Part shown: in pieces, positions 40,508 through 49,123 of the stretch | Layout of the letters: each line of letters starts with the position of its first letter | How positions within the stretch are numbered: position 1 is the first letter of the stretch | Position numbers and translations under genes: made by a program | Notes under the pieces: generated by a model | Seen by the model: the letters and a program-made list of their open reading frames with translations, nothing else | Database searches by the model: none | What the model was told of the DNA's origin: nothing | NCBI GenBank assembly: GCA_963676915.2 | Contig: CAXXVK010000010.1 | Span: 96,001-160,000, forward strand | Origin: Myxococcota bacterium | GTDB lineage: Bacteria; Myxococcota_A; SURF-8; G963663525 | DNA length: 64,000 nt | Reading direction: 5' to 3'

Positions 40508-40780
40508 TTACCAGCGGCGGCCGCTGTCGCGACGAGGCTTATCGATAGCTTCGTTCACGCGAATCGGGCGTCCATCCAGGTCGCTTCCATCAAGCTCAAG
40601 AGCTTTCTGAGCGTCGTCGTCGTTGACGAACGTGACGAATCCGAATCCACGGCTACGGCCGGTGTCACGGTCCGTAATCACTTTGGCTTCGTCGACTTCA
40701 CCGAAAGCACCAAAGGCGTTTTCCAGTGCAGCATTATCCGTGGCCCAAGCCAAGTTCCCTACGTACAGCTTCTTCTGCAT
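40508..40780 (-). CDS. RRM (RNP-1) RNA-binding protein
   Basis: KLYVGNL (RNP2), RGFGFVTF (RNP1). Confidence 0.95.
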   Translation of the reverse strand: MQKKLYVGNLAWATDNAALENAFGAFGEVDEAKVITDRDTGRSRGFGFVTFVNDDDAQKALELDGSDLDGRPIRVNEAIDKPRRDSGRRW

Positions 40781-41020
40781 ACCCAATATCCTTTCAAACA
40801 AGAAACAAGCACCGGGAAACACTCCCGGCAAGGTGTGTTGCAAAAACACGCCAATTCCGTCGATTTTGTCGATTCTGGTCAAGGCAACGTTTTCATTCCA
40901 CACCGGAAACTTGCAGCACTATGCACAAATTTCAAGGCGAAAGCAAGTGAAATCCCATGAAAAAATCCGGTACATCCTGAATGTACTTGATTTTTCGCTC
41001 ATTCAAATATCGCTATTTCC

Positions 41021-42181
41021 TCAGCGCAGGGCTTCATCTCCTGCACCGAAATCACGATCGATGGACCACAGCCGCAGGATCTCTTCGTCGTGCTCGGCGG
41101 TTTCTCCTGCGATCATGCGCGTAACCAGTTGTCCCACGCCCGGTCCCAGCATAAAGCCCTGTCCGCACATCCCTACCGCATGTACGACGCCTTCGGTGGA
41201 AGGATCGTGAGCGATGATGGGGATGCCGTCCGGTGTGTTCGGATACTGGCCCCGCCAGGTGCGCCGTACGCGGATCGACCCCAGGCGCGGCAGAAGGCCG
41301 ACCATGCGGGAAGCCACCATCGGCAGAAATTCGCTTGTCGCGCGGATATCCACCCCGTGAAGCGGCGGGTCCGGCGTGATGCAGAAGACGATCTGTCCTT
41401 CCGCGTTCTGGTAGAAATAGTAATTCTTCGATCCCGGAGCCTTGCGGATATCCACCACCATCGGTTCGAAAAAGCGCTCTACCGGCTCGGTGATGCCCGC
41501 CTCGTGATTATCGGGACGCAGCGGAATGGTCGTTCCCAGCATGGCGCCGATGCGGTCGGCTCCCGTTCCCGAGGCATTGACCAGCCACCGGGCGCGGTGC
41601 TCTCCATCCGTTGTCGTTACGGTTTTCGTTCCGTCATCCTCGATATGAAGAGCGGTGACACGCTGGCGATAGGCGAACTCGGCCCCATGTTGTCTTGCGA
41701 CACGCTCGAATTCGGTAGCGCATAGCAACGGACTGGCGGAACCGTCGCCGGGAGAGTAGGTCGAGCCTTCCAAACCGTCGGAGGCAATTCCCGGCACGAT
41801 TTCGGACAGCCGGTCGGGGGAAATCCACTCGATGTCCAATCCGGATTTTTGCTGTGTTTTCACGAGGTTCTGGAGCATTTCGGCGTGCTCTGGCGTATAG
41901 GCGGGAAACACGTATCCCCCCTGAATCCAAGAAATGTCTCCACCCTCGCGCTCGTTCCAATGGCGGAAAACCTCCAGCGAATCGCTGCACAGCCAGATTT
42001 TCCCCGGGTCCGAATGGGTGGCCCGAATGCCTCCGATGGCGGTTTTGTTCTGTCCCTGTCCGGCGGAAGCGGCGGCATCGAGCACCCTTACTCGATATCC
42101 GGCACGTGCGAGAAACAAGGCTGTCGGCGTTCCGATGGAACCCGCGCCGATCACGAGGACATCCACGTCGGTTTTCGTCAT
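41021..42181 (-). CDS. FAD-dependent oxidoreductase, DAO family (sarcosine oxidase beta / proline dehydrogenase beta-like)
   Basis: IGAGSIG, TPDGIPII, GMCGQGFMLGP. Confidence 0.9.
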   Translation of the reverse strand: MTKTDVDVLVIGAGSIGTPTALFLARAGYRVRVLDAAASAGQGQNKTAIGGIRATHSDPGKIWLCSDSLEVFRHWNEREGGDISWIQGGYVFPAYTPEHAEMLQNLVKTQQKSGLDIEWISPDRLSEIVPGIASDGLEGSTYSPGDGSASPLLCATEFERVARQHGAEFAYRQRVTALHIEDDGTKTVTTTDGEHRARWLVNASGTGADRIGAMLGTTIPLRPDNHEAGITEPVERFFEPMVVDIRKAPGSKNYYFYQNAEGQIVFCITPDPPLHGVDIRATSEFLPMVASRMVGLLPRLGSIRVRRTWRGQYPNTPDGIPIIAHDPSTEGVVHAVGMCGQGFMLGPGVGQLVTRMIAGETAEHDEEILRLWSIDRDFGAGDEALR

Positions 42182-44268
42182 GATTTCACCTCGTTTTTCT
42201 TGTCGTTTCCTGCGAATGCCTCCAAAGGAACCTCGAAAGCCAGAGGTCGTAACGTGCCGGGTTTCACGTCATCCGGGGCGACGCCTTCTTCCCGGAACAG
42301 GCGCATCACCAGCGATCCGCAGGTTTTTCCGCCACAGGACCCCATCCCGACACGGATGGACTTCAGCGCGTTGATGTCGCGTACGCCTTCGCGGATTTTC
42401 CGGCGGATTTCCCCTGCCGTGACCCGCTCGCACTGGCAGACGATCACGTCGTCCGGCGTGGTTTCGGGCAGGATCGGTGGTTTGATTTCATGAAGCACCA
42501 TCTCGGGATCTTGATAGCGAACTCCCGCGACTTTGTGAGCCAAATCCACGGGAACTTCGAGCACCAGAAGGCTACGGCGGTCCTGGAATTTTGCACGACG
42601 GATTTTCAGCAGAGGAAAGCGTCCGAGTGGATCGCCGTTGACATCGGTGGCAACGAGTTCATCAGCCGGTTCCACATCGAGATTCATCTCGTAAGGAACC
42701 ACGACCTTGGCGTAACCTTCGCGGGATTTCCGGCGATCCACCAGGGTGATGGCCAGTCCGGGACAGACTGCCGAGCATTTGCCGCAGGCGGTGCAGTCCA
42801 CATCCGAGTCGAACACCGGAAGATCCAGAATGTTGCCGTACTCCGTTTCCAGCTTCAAGCCCTGACGGTCGCAAACCGACGTACAGGGGTTGCAGGGTAT
42901 CGGTTGAGAGCAGTGCAGCACCGGAAAAACGGTTTTGTCGAGCGGAGGTTCGGGGCGACTTGTCGTTTTTCCCGGTTTCGAACGTAGAATTTCGGCGGTG
43001 CGGGCCAGGTCTTCGGGGATTTCCATGTCGAATCCCAGTTCTCGGAGCATGTTCAACCCGGCGATTTTCCCACCGAACATCGCGGCGCTGGCCTCGGCGA
43101 TGCGGTCGGCATCTCCCGCTTTGTGGACGTTGAACCCGAATTCCTCGGCCTGACGGGCGAACTCGTTGACCGGTTCCAGTCCCACCGCGACAAGCAATGT
43201 ATCGCAAGCGAAGGTTCGCCAGTTTCCCTCGACGGGGCGAAGATTTTCGTCTGCACGGGCTACCGTGACGGACTCGACGCGCTCGGCACCGTTGGCCGAA
43301 ACGATGGTTGTTCCATCGAATACCGGAACGCCCAGTCGTCGGATTTTGTCGGCATGCACCTTGTAGCCGGTGACGCTCGGCAGAGCCTCGCAGACGCCGA
43401 CCACCTCGATTCCCGCTTGCATGGCGTGGTAGGCGGCGATCAACCCGACATTTCCCCCTCCGACGATGAAAATCCGCCGGGAACTGGGTACCATATCTCG
43501 GTTGACCAGGGTCTGAAACGCACCCGCGCCGTAGACGCCCGGAAGATCGCAGCCGGGAAATGCCAGGGCGCGTTCCCGTGCTCCGGCGGCGACGAGCAGG
43601 CTTTCGCATGTTACGAGCGAGTACTGCTTTCCATCGCGCAATATCCCGATTTTCCCATCGGAAAATACGCCGACGGCCTGGGAATTCAGCCAGATTTTGA
43701 CGGTAGGAAACGCCTGAAGTTCGTCGGCCAGTCGTGTTGCGATGTCCACGCCTCGCGTTCCGGCGTAGCATTCGTCGATGGAGCCGAAAAAGTTGTGGGT
43801 CTGGAGGACGAGTTTGCCGCCGGGGCGGTCTTTGTCGTCCACAACCAGCGTTTCCACACCTCGTTTTCCCAACTCCAAGGCCGCTTTCAGGCCAGCCGGT
43901 CCCGCGCCGACGATCAACGCTCGAACCGCAATATTTTCCACTGCTTCGCTCCGGGGAGCGGCTTGGGGTGCCGGAGGCCGTCCGCGCAGGGATTCCACCA
44001 TCATTCCTTCCACAAGCGGCGTGATGCAGGACTTGACCGCCCGGCCGTCGATCACCACCGTGCAGCGCGAGCACTGCCCGTTGGCGCAGAAAAGTCCTTG
44101 CGGGGCGTTGTCTTTGGGATGATGGCCGAAGACGGTGATCCCGTTGGCGACAAGCGCCGAACTGACGGCTTCGCCTTCGATGCCTTCGAGCGTTTTTCCG
44201 TTGAATGTGAAGGGTACGGTCTTCCCGGTCGGGGGCGCGAGAATCGGATGCCTGTCGATGTGGCTCAT
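42178..44268 (-). CDS. Fused 2Fe-2S / FAD-NAD oxidoreductase / 4Fe-4S / BFD protein
   Basis: CANGQCSRC, GAGPAGL, GGGNVG, CNPC...CTACGKCSAVCP, CQCE...CGGKTC; ATG 44268 with GAGG. Confidence 0.88.
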   Translation of the reverse strand: MSHIDRHPILAPPTGKTVPFTFNGKTLEGIEGEAVSSALVANGITVFGHHPKDNAPQGLFCANGQCSRCTVVIDGRAVKSCITPLVEGMMVESLRGRPPAPQAAPRSEAVENIAVRALIVGAGPAGLKAALELGKRGVETLVVDDKDRPGGKLVLQTHNFFGSIDECYAGTRGVDIATRLADELQAFPTVKIWLNSQAVGVFSDGKIGILRDGKQYSLVTCESLLVAAGARERALAFPGCDLPGVYGAGAFQTLVNRDMVPSSRRIFIVGGGNVGLIAAYHAMQAGIEVVGVCEALPSVTGYKVHADKIRRLGVPVFDGTTIVSANGAERVESVTVARADENLRPVEGNWRTFACDTLLVAVGLEPVNEFARQAEEFGFNVHKAGDADRIAEASAAMFGGKIAGLNMLRELGFDMEIPEDLARTAEILRSKPGKTTSRPEPPLDKTVFPVLHCSQPIPCNPCTSVCDRQGLKLETEYGNILDLPVFDSDVDCTACGKCSAVCPGLAITLVDRRKSREGYAKVVVPYEMNLDVEPADELVATDVNGDPLGRFPLLKIRRAKFQDRRSLLVLEVPVDLAHKVAGVRYQDPEMVLHEIKPPILPETTPDDVIVCQCERVTAGEIRRKIREGVRDINALKSIRVGMGSCGGKTCGSLVMRLFREEGVAPDDVKPGTLRPLAFEVPLEAFAGNDKKNEVKS

Positions 44269-44695
44269 ATATACCTCGTTTCCGTAAGGTTCGACGGAAG
44301 AAGGAATCTCCACTTCTCCCTTCTTGCATACCATAAAGATATTATTAAAGAAACCCGTCATCCCCCTGTTTTAGGGTTAGCAGGCATGAATAATTTTTCG
44401 GCTCAAAGATCGTTTCGATCATAGGATTGATATATCGAGGAAAAAGGTGCGTACAGGTTGGTTGGCAGGGATTGAAGCCACAAGCCGGAAGAAAACAGGC
44501 ATAAAAACGTAGACCAATACCTTTATTTGCAGTTTCTTTCGTTACATAAGCGACGGATTCGCCTGTTTTTTCTTTCGATTGCTGTACTGCGTCATTTTCT
44601 CTTGACTTCGTCCCTGAGCGGCTGTAATCAACATTTGTATTGAGAAAGCGTAAGCGATCCATGCAAAATCACGAGCTTTTTTCATTTCGGGCGAC

Positions 44696-44713
44696 TGAAT
44701 GAAGGCTCATTCA
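44696..44713. promoter_or_regulatory. Palindromic operator resembling the TetR-type FadR (YsiA) box
   Basis: TGAATGA-AGGC-TCATTCA upstream of acyl-CoA dehydrogenase. Confidence 0.6.
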
Positions 44714-44844
44714 AAAACTGTTGGAAAAAAACGGGCGATTGCATTATGATCGCCCGCGAGATTGTTTTGACTCGATCCGTGGCAGGGCGTAATCCGGCCT
44801 CGGACTGATTCTTTTGTTCACTCCATTTGCCGAAGGAGAACCCC

Positions 44845-46686
44845 ATGTTCCGTATTGAAGACCGCGACATTATGTTCAACCTTTATGAGTATCTGAACGC
44901 CGAAGAACTGCTGTCTCTTCCGGCATACGAGGATTTGGACAAAGAAACGTTCGACATTTTGCTGGACAGCGCATTCAAAATCGCCAAGGAAGTCCTTGCT
45001 CCCATCAACGTCACCGGCGACCGCGAAGGATGCAGCCTCGACAAAGACAGCAACGTGCACATTCCCGAAGGTTTCAAAGAAGCCTGGGACGAGTACGTTG
45101 AAGGCGGCTGGATCGGCCTGACCGCCGACCCCGAATTCGGTGGCACCGGCGCTCCGCAATTGGTGGGTATGGCGGCCAACGAAGCCTTCAGCAGCGCCAA
45201 CATGGCGTTCAGCATGTATCCCGGACTGACCCACGCCAACGTGGCCATGATCCTCGACGAAGGCAGCGACGAGCAGAAAGCCGTCTACGCCGAAAACATG
45301 CTGACCGGTAAATGGGGCGGCACGATGTGCTTGACCGAAGCCGGTGCCGGTTCCGCCGTGGGCGACAACAAAGCCACCGCCGTGAAAATCCGCGAAGGCA
45401 TTTACAAAATCGTCGGCCAGAAGATTTTCATCTCCTCCGGTGATCATCCCCTTACCGAGAACAACATCCACGCCGTTTTGGCTCGCACCCCCGACGCCCC
45501 GGCGGGCATCAAGGGTCTGTCCCTGTTCCTCGTTCCGAAATACCGCGTGAACGAAGACGGCAGCCTGGGCGAGTTCAACGACGTGACCTGCGTCGGCATC
45601 GAGCACAAAATGGGCATCAAAGGTTCCGCCACCTGCACGTTGGCTTTCGGTGAAAGCGACAACTGCGAAGGTTGGATCGTCGGCAACGAAGGCGACGGCA
45701 TCAAGATCATGTTCCATATCATGAACGAAGCCCGGCTGGGTGTTGGCCTGCAAAGCCTGTCCATCGCCGCCGCCGCCTACAACGAAGCGCTGGATTACTG
45801 CCGCGAGCGCATCCAGGGCGTCGATATGGCCAATTTCAAAGATCCCAACGCTCCCCGCGTTCCGATCATCAACCATCCCGATGTCCGCCGCATGCTGTTG
45901 ACCCAGCGCGCTTACGTCCACGGACTGCGTGCCCTGATGTACAAAACGGCCAAATGGGGCGATTACGCACTGAAGGGCGAAGGCGATGCGCAGAAGAAAG
46001 CCCACGCTTTCATCGAACTGCTGACCCCGATCTGCAAAGCCTACGGTTCCGACATGGCCTTTGAAGTGACCCGCTTGGCCGTCCAGTCCATGGGTGGTTA
46101 CGGGTACATCTCCGAATACCCGGTCGAACAATACATGCGCGACTGCAAAATCTGCTCGATCTACGAAGGAACCAACGGCATTCAGGCCATGGACCTCGTA
46201 GGCCGCAAGATGGGGATGAAGGGCGGCATGGTTTTCATGCAGTTCGTCGGCGAAGTCAGCGAGTTCATCGCCAAAGCCAAAGAATGCGAAGCGACCAAGG
46301 GTTACATCGGCGAGTTGGAGAAATCCCTCGAAGATATCCAGGCCGTCGCCATGACCTTCATGGGCAAAAACATGTCCGGCGAGACCCTGTACGTGCTGCA
46401 GCAGGCCACTCCGTTCCTGCGCTTCATGGGTAACCTCGTCATCGGTTGGTTGCTCGCCGAGCAGGCCATGATCGCCGACGAGAAACTGCAAGCCATCTTC
46501 AAGGACAAAGGCGCCGAGGATGACGCCGCGAAGAAGGCCGTAGTCGACGACAGCTCCGAGGCCGCCTTCTACGACGCCAAAGTCAAAACCGCGAAGTTCT
46601 TCATGATGAACCTGCTTCCGGAAAACCGCTCGCTGGCCCAAGGCATGCTGAGCGAAGACACCTCCATCCTGGACGTGGTGCTGTAA
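44845..46686 (+). CDS. Acyl-CoA dehydrogenase, long (about 600 aa) type
   Basis: TMCLTEAGAGS, KIFISSG, EHKMGIKGS, MNEARL, GGYGY, IYEGTNGIQAMDL. Confidence 0.96.
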   Translation: MFRIEDRDIMFNLYEYLNAEELLSLPAYEDLDKETFDILLDSAFKIAKEVLAPINVTGDREGCSLDKDSNVHIPEGFKEAWDEYVEGGWIGLTADPEFGGTGAPQLVGMAANEAFSSANMAFSMYPGLTHANVAMILDEGSDEQKAVYAENMLTGKWGGTMCLTEAGAGSAVGDNKATAVKIREGIYKIVGQKIFISSGDHPLTENNIHAVLARTPDAPAGIKGLSLFLVPKYRVNEDGSLGEFNDVTCVGIEHKMGIKGSATCTLAFGESDNCEGWIVGNEGDGIKIMFHIMNEARLGVGLQSLSIAAAAYNEALDYCRERIQGVDMANFKDPNAPRVPIINHPDVRRMLLTQRAYVHGLRALMYKTAKWGDYALKGEGDAQKKAHAFIELLTPICKAYGSDMAFEVTRLAVQSMGGYGYISEYPVEQYMRDCKICSIYEGTNGIQAMDLVGRKMGMKGGMVFMQFVGEVSEFIAKAKECEATKGYIGELEKSLEDIQAVAMTFMGKNMSGETLYVLQQATPFLRFMGNLVIGWLLAEQAMIADEKLQAIFKDKGAEDDAAKKAVVDDSSEAAFYDAKVKTAKFFMMNLLPENRSLAQGMLSEDTSILDVVL

Positions 46687-46740
46687 ATCGATCTTTCGTT
46701 TCGTACAACGGCAGGTGGAAACGCCTGCCGCTAGAAACTC

Positions 46741-46768
46741 AAAACCCCGCGATGTCGCGGGGTTTTTT
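46741..46768. terminator. Bidirectional terminator
   Basis: AAAACCCCGCGA-TG-TCGCGGGGTTTTTT. Confidence 0.85.
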
Positions 46769-46791
46769 CGTCGATGTTCTTTTATGCGGGT

Positions 46792-46971
46792 TAGCCCGGA
46801 TTATTCATGAGGATCGTAGCGAGACGTAGAAAAACGATGATATTTCATGAAGTTGGAACGATTTTCACCTGCAGGCATACTGAACAGTCTGTCGAGGATG
46901 AAAATCGAGAAACGAATGAAATATCAAGAATTTTCAAGTCGTAGTAGATTCTTCTTGAATCATCCGGGTTA
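46792..46971 (+). mobile_element. 180-bp palindromic element, copy 3
   Basis: TAGCCCGGAT...ATCCGGGTTA; aligns with copy 1; terminal TTA is the fbp stop. Confidence 0.9.
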
Positions 46972-47976
46972 GAGATCGCGGCGACCCTGGATGAAGTCCT
47001 CCAGCATTTTCACGTCGTAGGTGGAGCCGATGTACAAAGGAACCCTCTGGTGCAGCGATTCGGGTTTGATATCGAGAATCGGAATCTCACCGTTGGAAGC
47101 ATAGCCTCCCGCCTGCTCGACGATAAAGGCCAGCGGGCTGGCTTCGTACAGCAGACGCAATTTGCCGTTGGGGGATTTTTCGGTTGGCGGATACATGAAC
47201 ACGCCGCCGTACAGCAGATTGCGGTGGATGTCGGCGACCATCGATCCGATGTAACGTGCCGACATGGGCAGTTTTTCCTTTTTGTTGGGCGTTTTTACGT
47301 ATTGGATGTACTTTTTCACGCCTTCCGGGAAGGCATCGGAATGTCCCTCGTTGGTGCTGTAGATTTTCGCCCGTTCCGGCGTGCGGATATCCGGGTGACT
47401 CAGCAGGAAATCCCCGATAGCCGGGTGCAGCGTGAAACCGTGGACGCCGTGGCCGGTGGAGTAGACGAAAATCGAAGACGACCCGTAGATCACATATCCG
47501 GCAGCGACGAGGTGCCGACCCGGTTGCAGCAGTTCGCCTTCGGCGGGTTGTCCCAGACGTCGGCGATGAATGGCGAAAATCGTGCCGATGGACACGTTGG
47601 CATCGATGTTGGATGACCCATCGAGCGGATCGAAGCTGATCACGTACCGCCCATAGGTGTTCTCGCTAGGTACGAGAATCGCCTTTTCCTCTTCCTCCGA
47701 ACTCATTGCGGCAATCAACCCGCTGCGGGACAGAACGTTTTTCATCAACTCATTGGCCCAGACATCGAGCTTCTGTTGTTCCTCGCCCTGGACGTTTTCA
47801 TGGTTGGCTTTGCCCAGAATATCGGCCAGACCGGCCTTGTTGGTATCCTTGTTGATGACTTTGCAGCAAAAAGCGATATCCATCAGGATTTTGGACAACT
47901 CGCCGGTGGCTTGCGGGTTGTACATCCGTTGCGATTCGACGATATGGCGTTCAATGGTCATCCACGGTTGTGGCAT
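46969..47976 (-). CDS. fbp: Fructose-1,6-bisphosphatase class I
   Basis: GEEQQKLD, FDPLDGSSNID, RYIGSMVAD, KLRLLYE. Confidence 0.98.
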   Translation of the reverse strand: MPQPWMTIERHIVESQRMYNPQATGELSKILMDIAFCCKVINKDTNKAGLADILGKANHENVQGEEQQKLDVWANELMKNVLSRSGLIAAMSSEEEEKAILVPSENTYGRYVISFDPLDGSSNIDANVSIGTIFAIHRRRLGQPAEGELLQPGRHLVAAGYVIYGSSSIFVYSTGHGVHGFTLHPAIGDFLLSHPDIRTPERAKIYSTNEGHSDAFPEGVKKYIQYVKTPNKKEKLPMSARYIGSMVADIHRNLLYGGVFMYPPTEKSPNGKLRLLYEASPLAFIVEQAGGYASNGEIPILDIKPESLHQRVPLYIGSTYDVKMLEDFIQGRRDL

Positions 47977-48202
47977 GGAATGTCTCCTTTTCAAAAAAAA
48001 ACACGGGCTATCCACCCGTGCGTATACGTAGAAAATCCCCCAGGGTCTCGTGACACAAAATTGTTTTCATGTTCTCTTTTTCCGCTGAAAAAATTGTAAA
48101 TAACGTACCAAAGGATTGTCAACTGTTTTGACGAGGTTTTTTTTTGGTCTTAACCGTAGGCAGTGGTATCGTGGCCCGACCAAAAAGGCATCCGGAGGAA
48201 AC

Positions 48203-49123
48203 GTGACCGAACGGAAGACCACTCGAACCCAGCGATTTTTCGCTTTTTTCGTAGCGATAGCGCTTCTAGCGCTGATGGCGTGGTCCGTATCGTTTTATTC
48301 TGGTTTATGGTCTTCCGAAATCCACCCGGACGACTGGAAACACGCCGCCGAGCGCATCGCCAAAGACTTTCAACCGGGTGATATCGTAGTGGTTTCCCCA
48401 AGCTGGCTCAGTTTCGGCGAACGGGAACTGGTGCTTCGCGGGTTGGAGTACCGTCAAGCCGATCACCCGGAAATCGAGGAGTTTCCGCGAGCGAAACGGC
48501 TGTGGGTCATGTCCGCTTACGGACGCTGCGATTTCGACGCCATGGAGCGCAAAACCGGCGCACCTTTGGTGAAGGAAAAAATCGGAGCCTTTACCGTAGC
48601 GCTGTTCGACGCCGGAGGTTTCGCGACGGGTCGGTACATTCTCGTGGATCACGTTCCCGAGGCCGAGGTGTATGTCAAACTCCCGAACGAACGACATTTT
48701 TGTCCCTGGAAGCCCGATAAAAACATGCACCTGTGCGACGAAAACCAGGACTGGCACAGTGTTTACACCCGCACGCATGTACGACGCGGAATGGTGCGAA
48801 AATCCATTTGGGCGCATCCGGTGCAAAACGGCCAGAAAACCCTTGTGTTTCACGACGTAAAACTGGGTTCCCGAATCGTTGTCGGATACGGCATGACCGA
48901 ATGGGCCGCCGCGTTGGATGGTGGCGGAACGGTCTATCTGGAATTCCGCACCGAAACCGACCTGCTGGCGAAATACACCATGGAAAACCGTTCCGGCTGG
49001 TTTCGTGGAAGCATCGACACAGCCGGTCTGAAAGGTAGCATTCACGATTTGCACGTCGTTCTGACGACCAACAACCAGGGACGTCGCCATCTCTTTTTCG
49101 AAGCGTTTGTGACCGATGATTGA
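48203..49123 (+). CDS. Membrane-anchored hypothetical protein resembling the soluble region of GT-C enzymes
   Basis: GTG after GGAGG; one TM; DWKHAA...PGDIVVV...RLWV; overlaps next gene. Confidence 0.6.
   Translation: MTERKTTRTQRFFAFFVAIALLALMAWSVSFYSGLWSSEIHPDDWKHAAERIAKDFQPGDIVVVSPSWLSFGERELVLRGLEYRQADHPEIEEFPRAKRLWVMSAYGRCDFDAMERKTGAPLVKEKIGAFTVALFDAGGFATGRYILVDHVPEAEVYVKLPNERHFCPWKPDKNMHLCDENQDWHSVYTRTHVRRGMVRKSIWAHPVQNGQKTLVFHDVKLGSRIVVGYGMTEWAAALDGGGTVYLEFRTETDLLAKYTMENRSGWFRGSIDTAGLKGSIHDLHVVLTTNNQGRRHLFFEAFVTDD

Noticed and set aside
44270-44345. Possible riboswitch upstream of the flavoprotein operon
   Set aside because: Small hairpins only; no recognisable aptamer consensus
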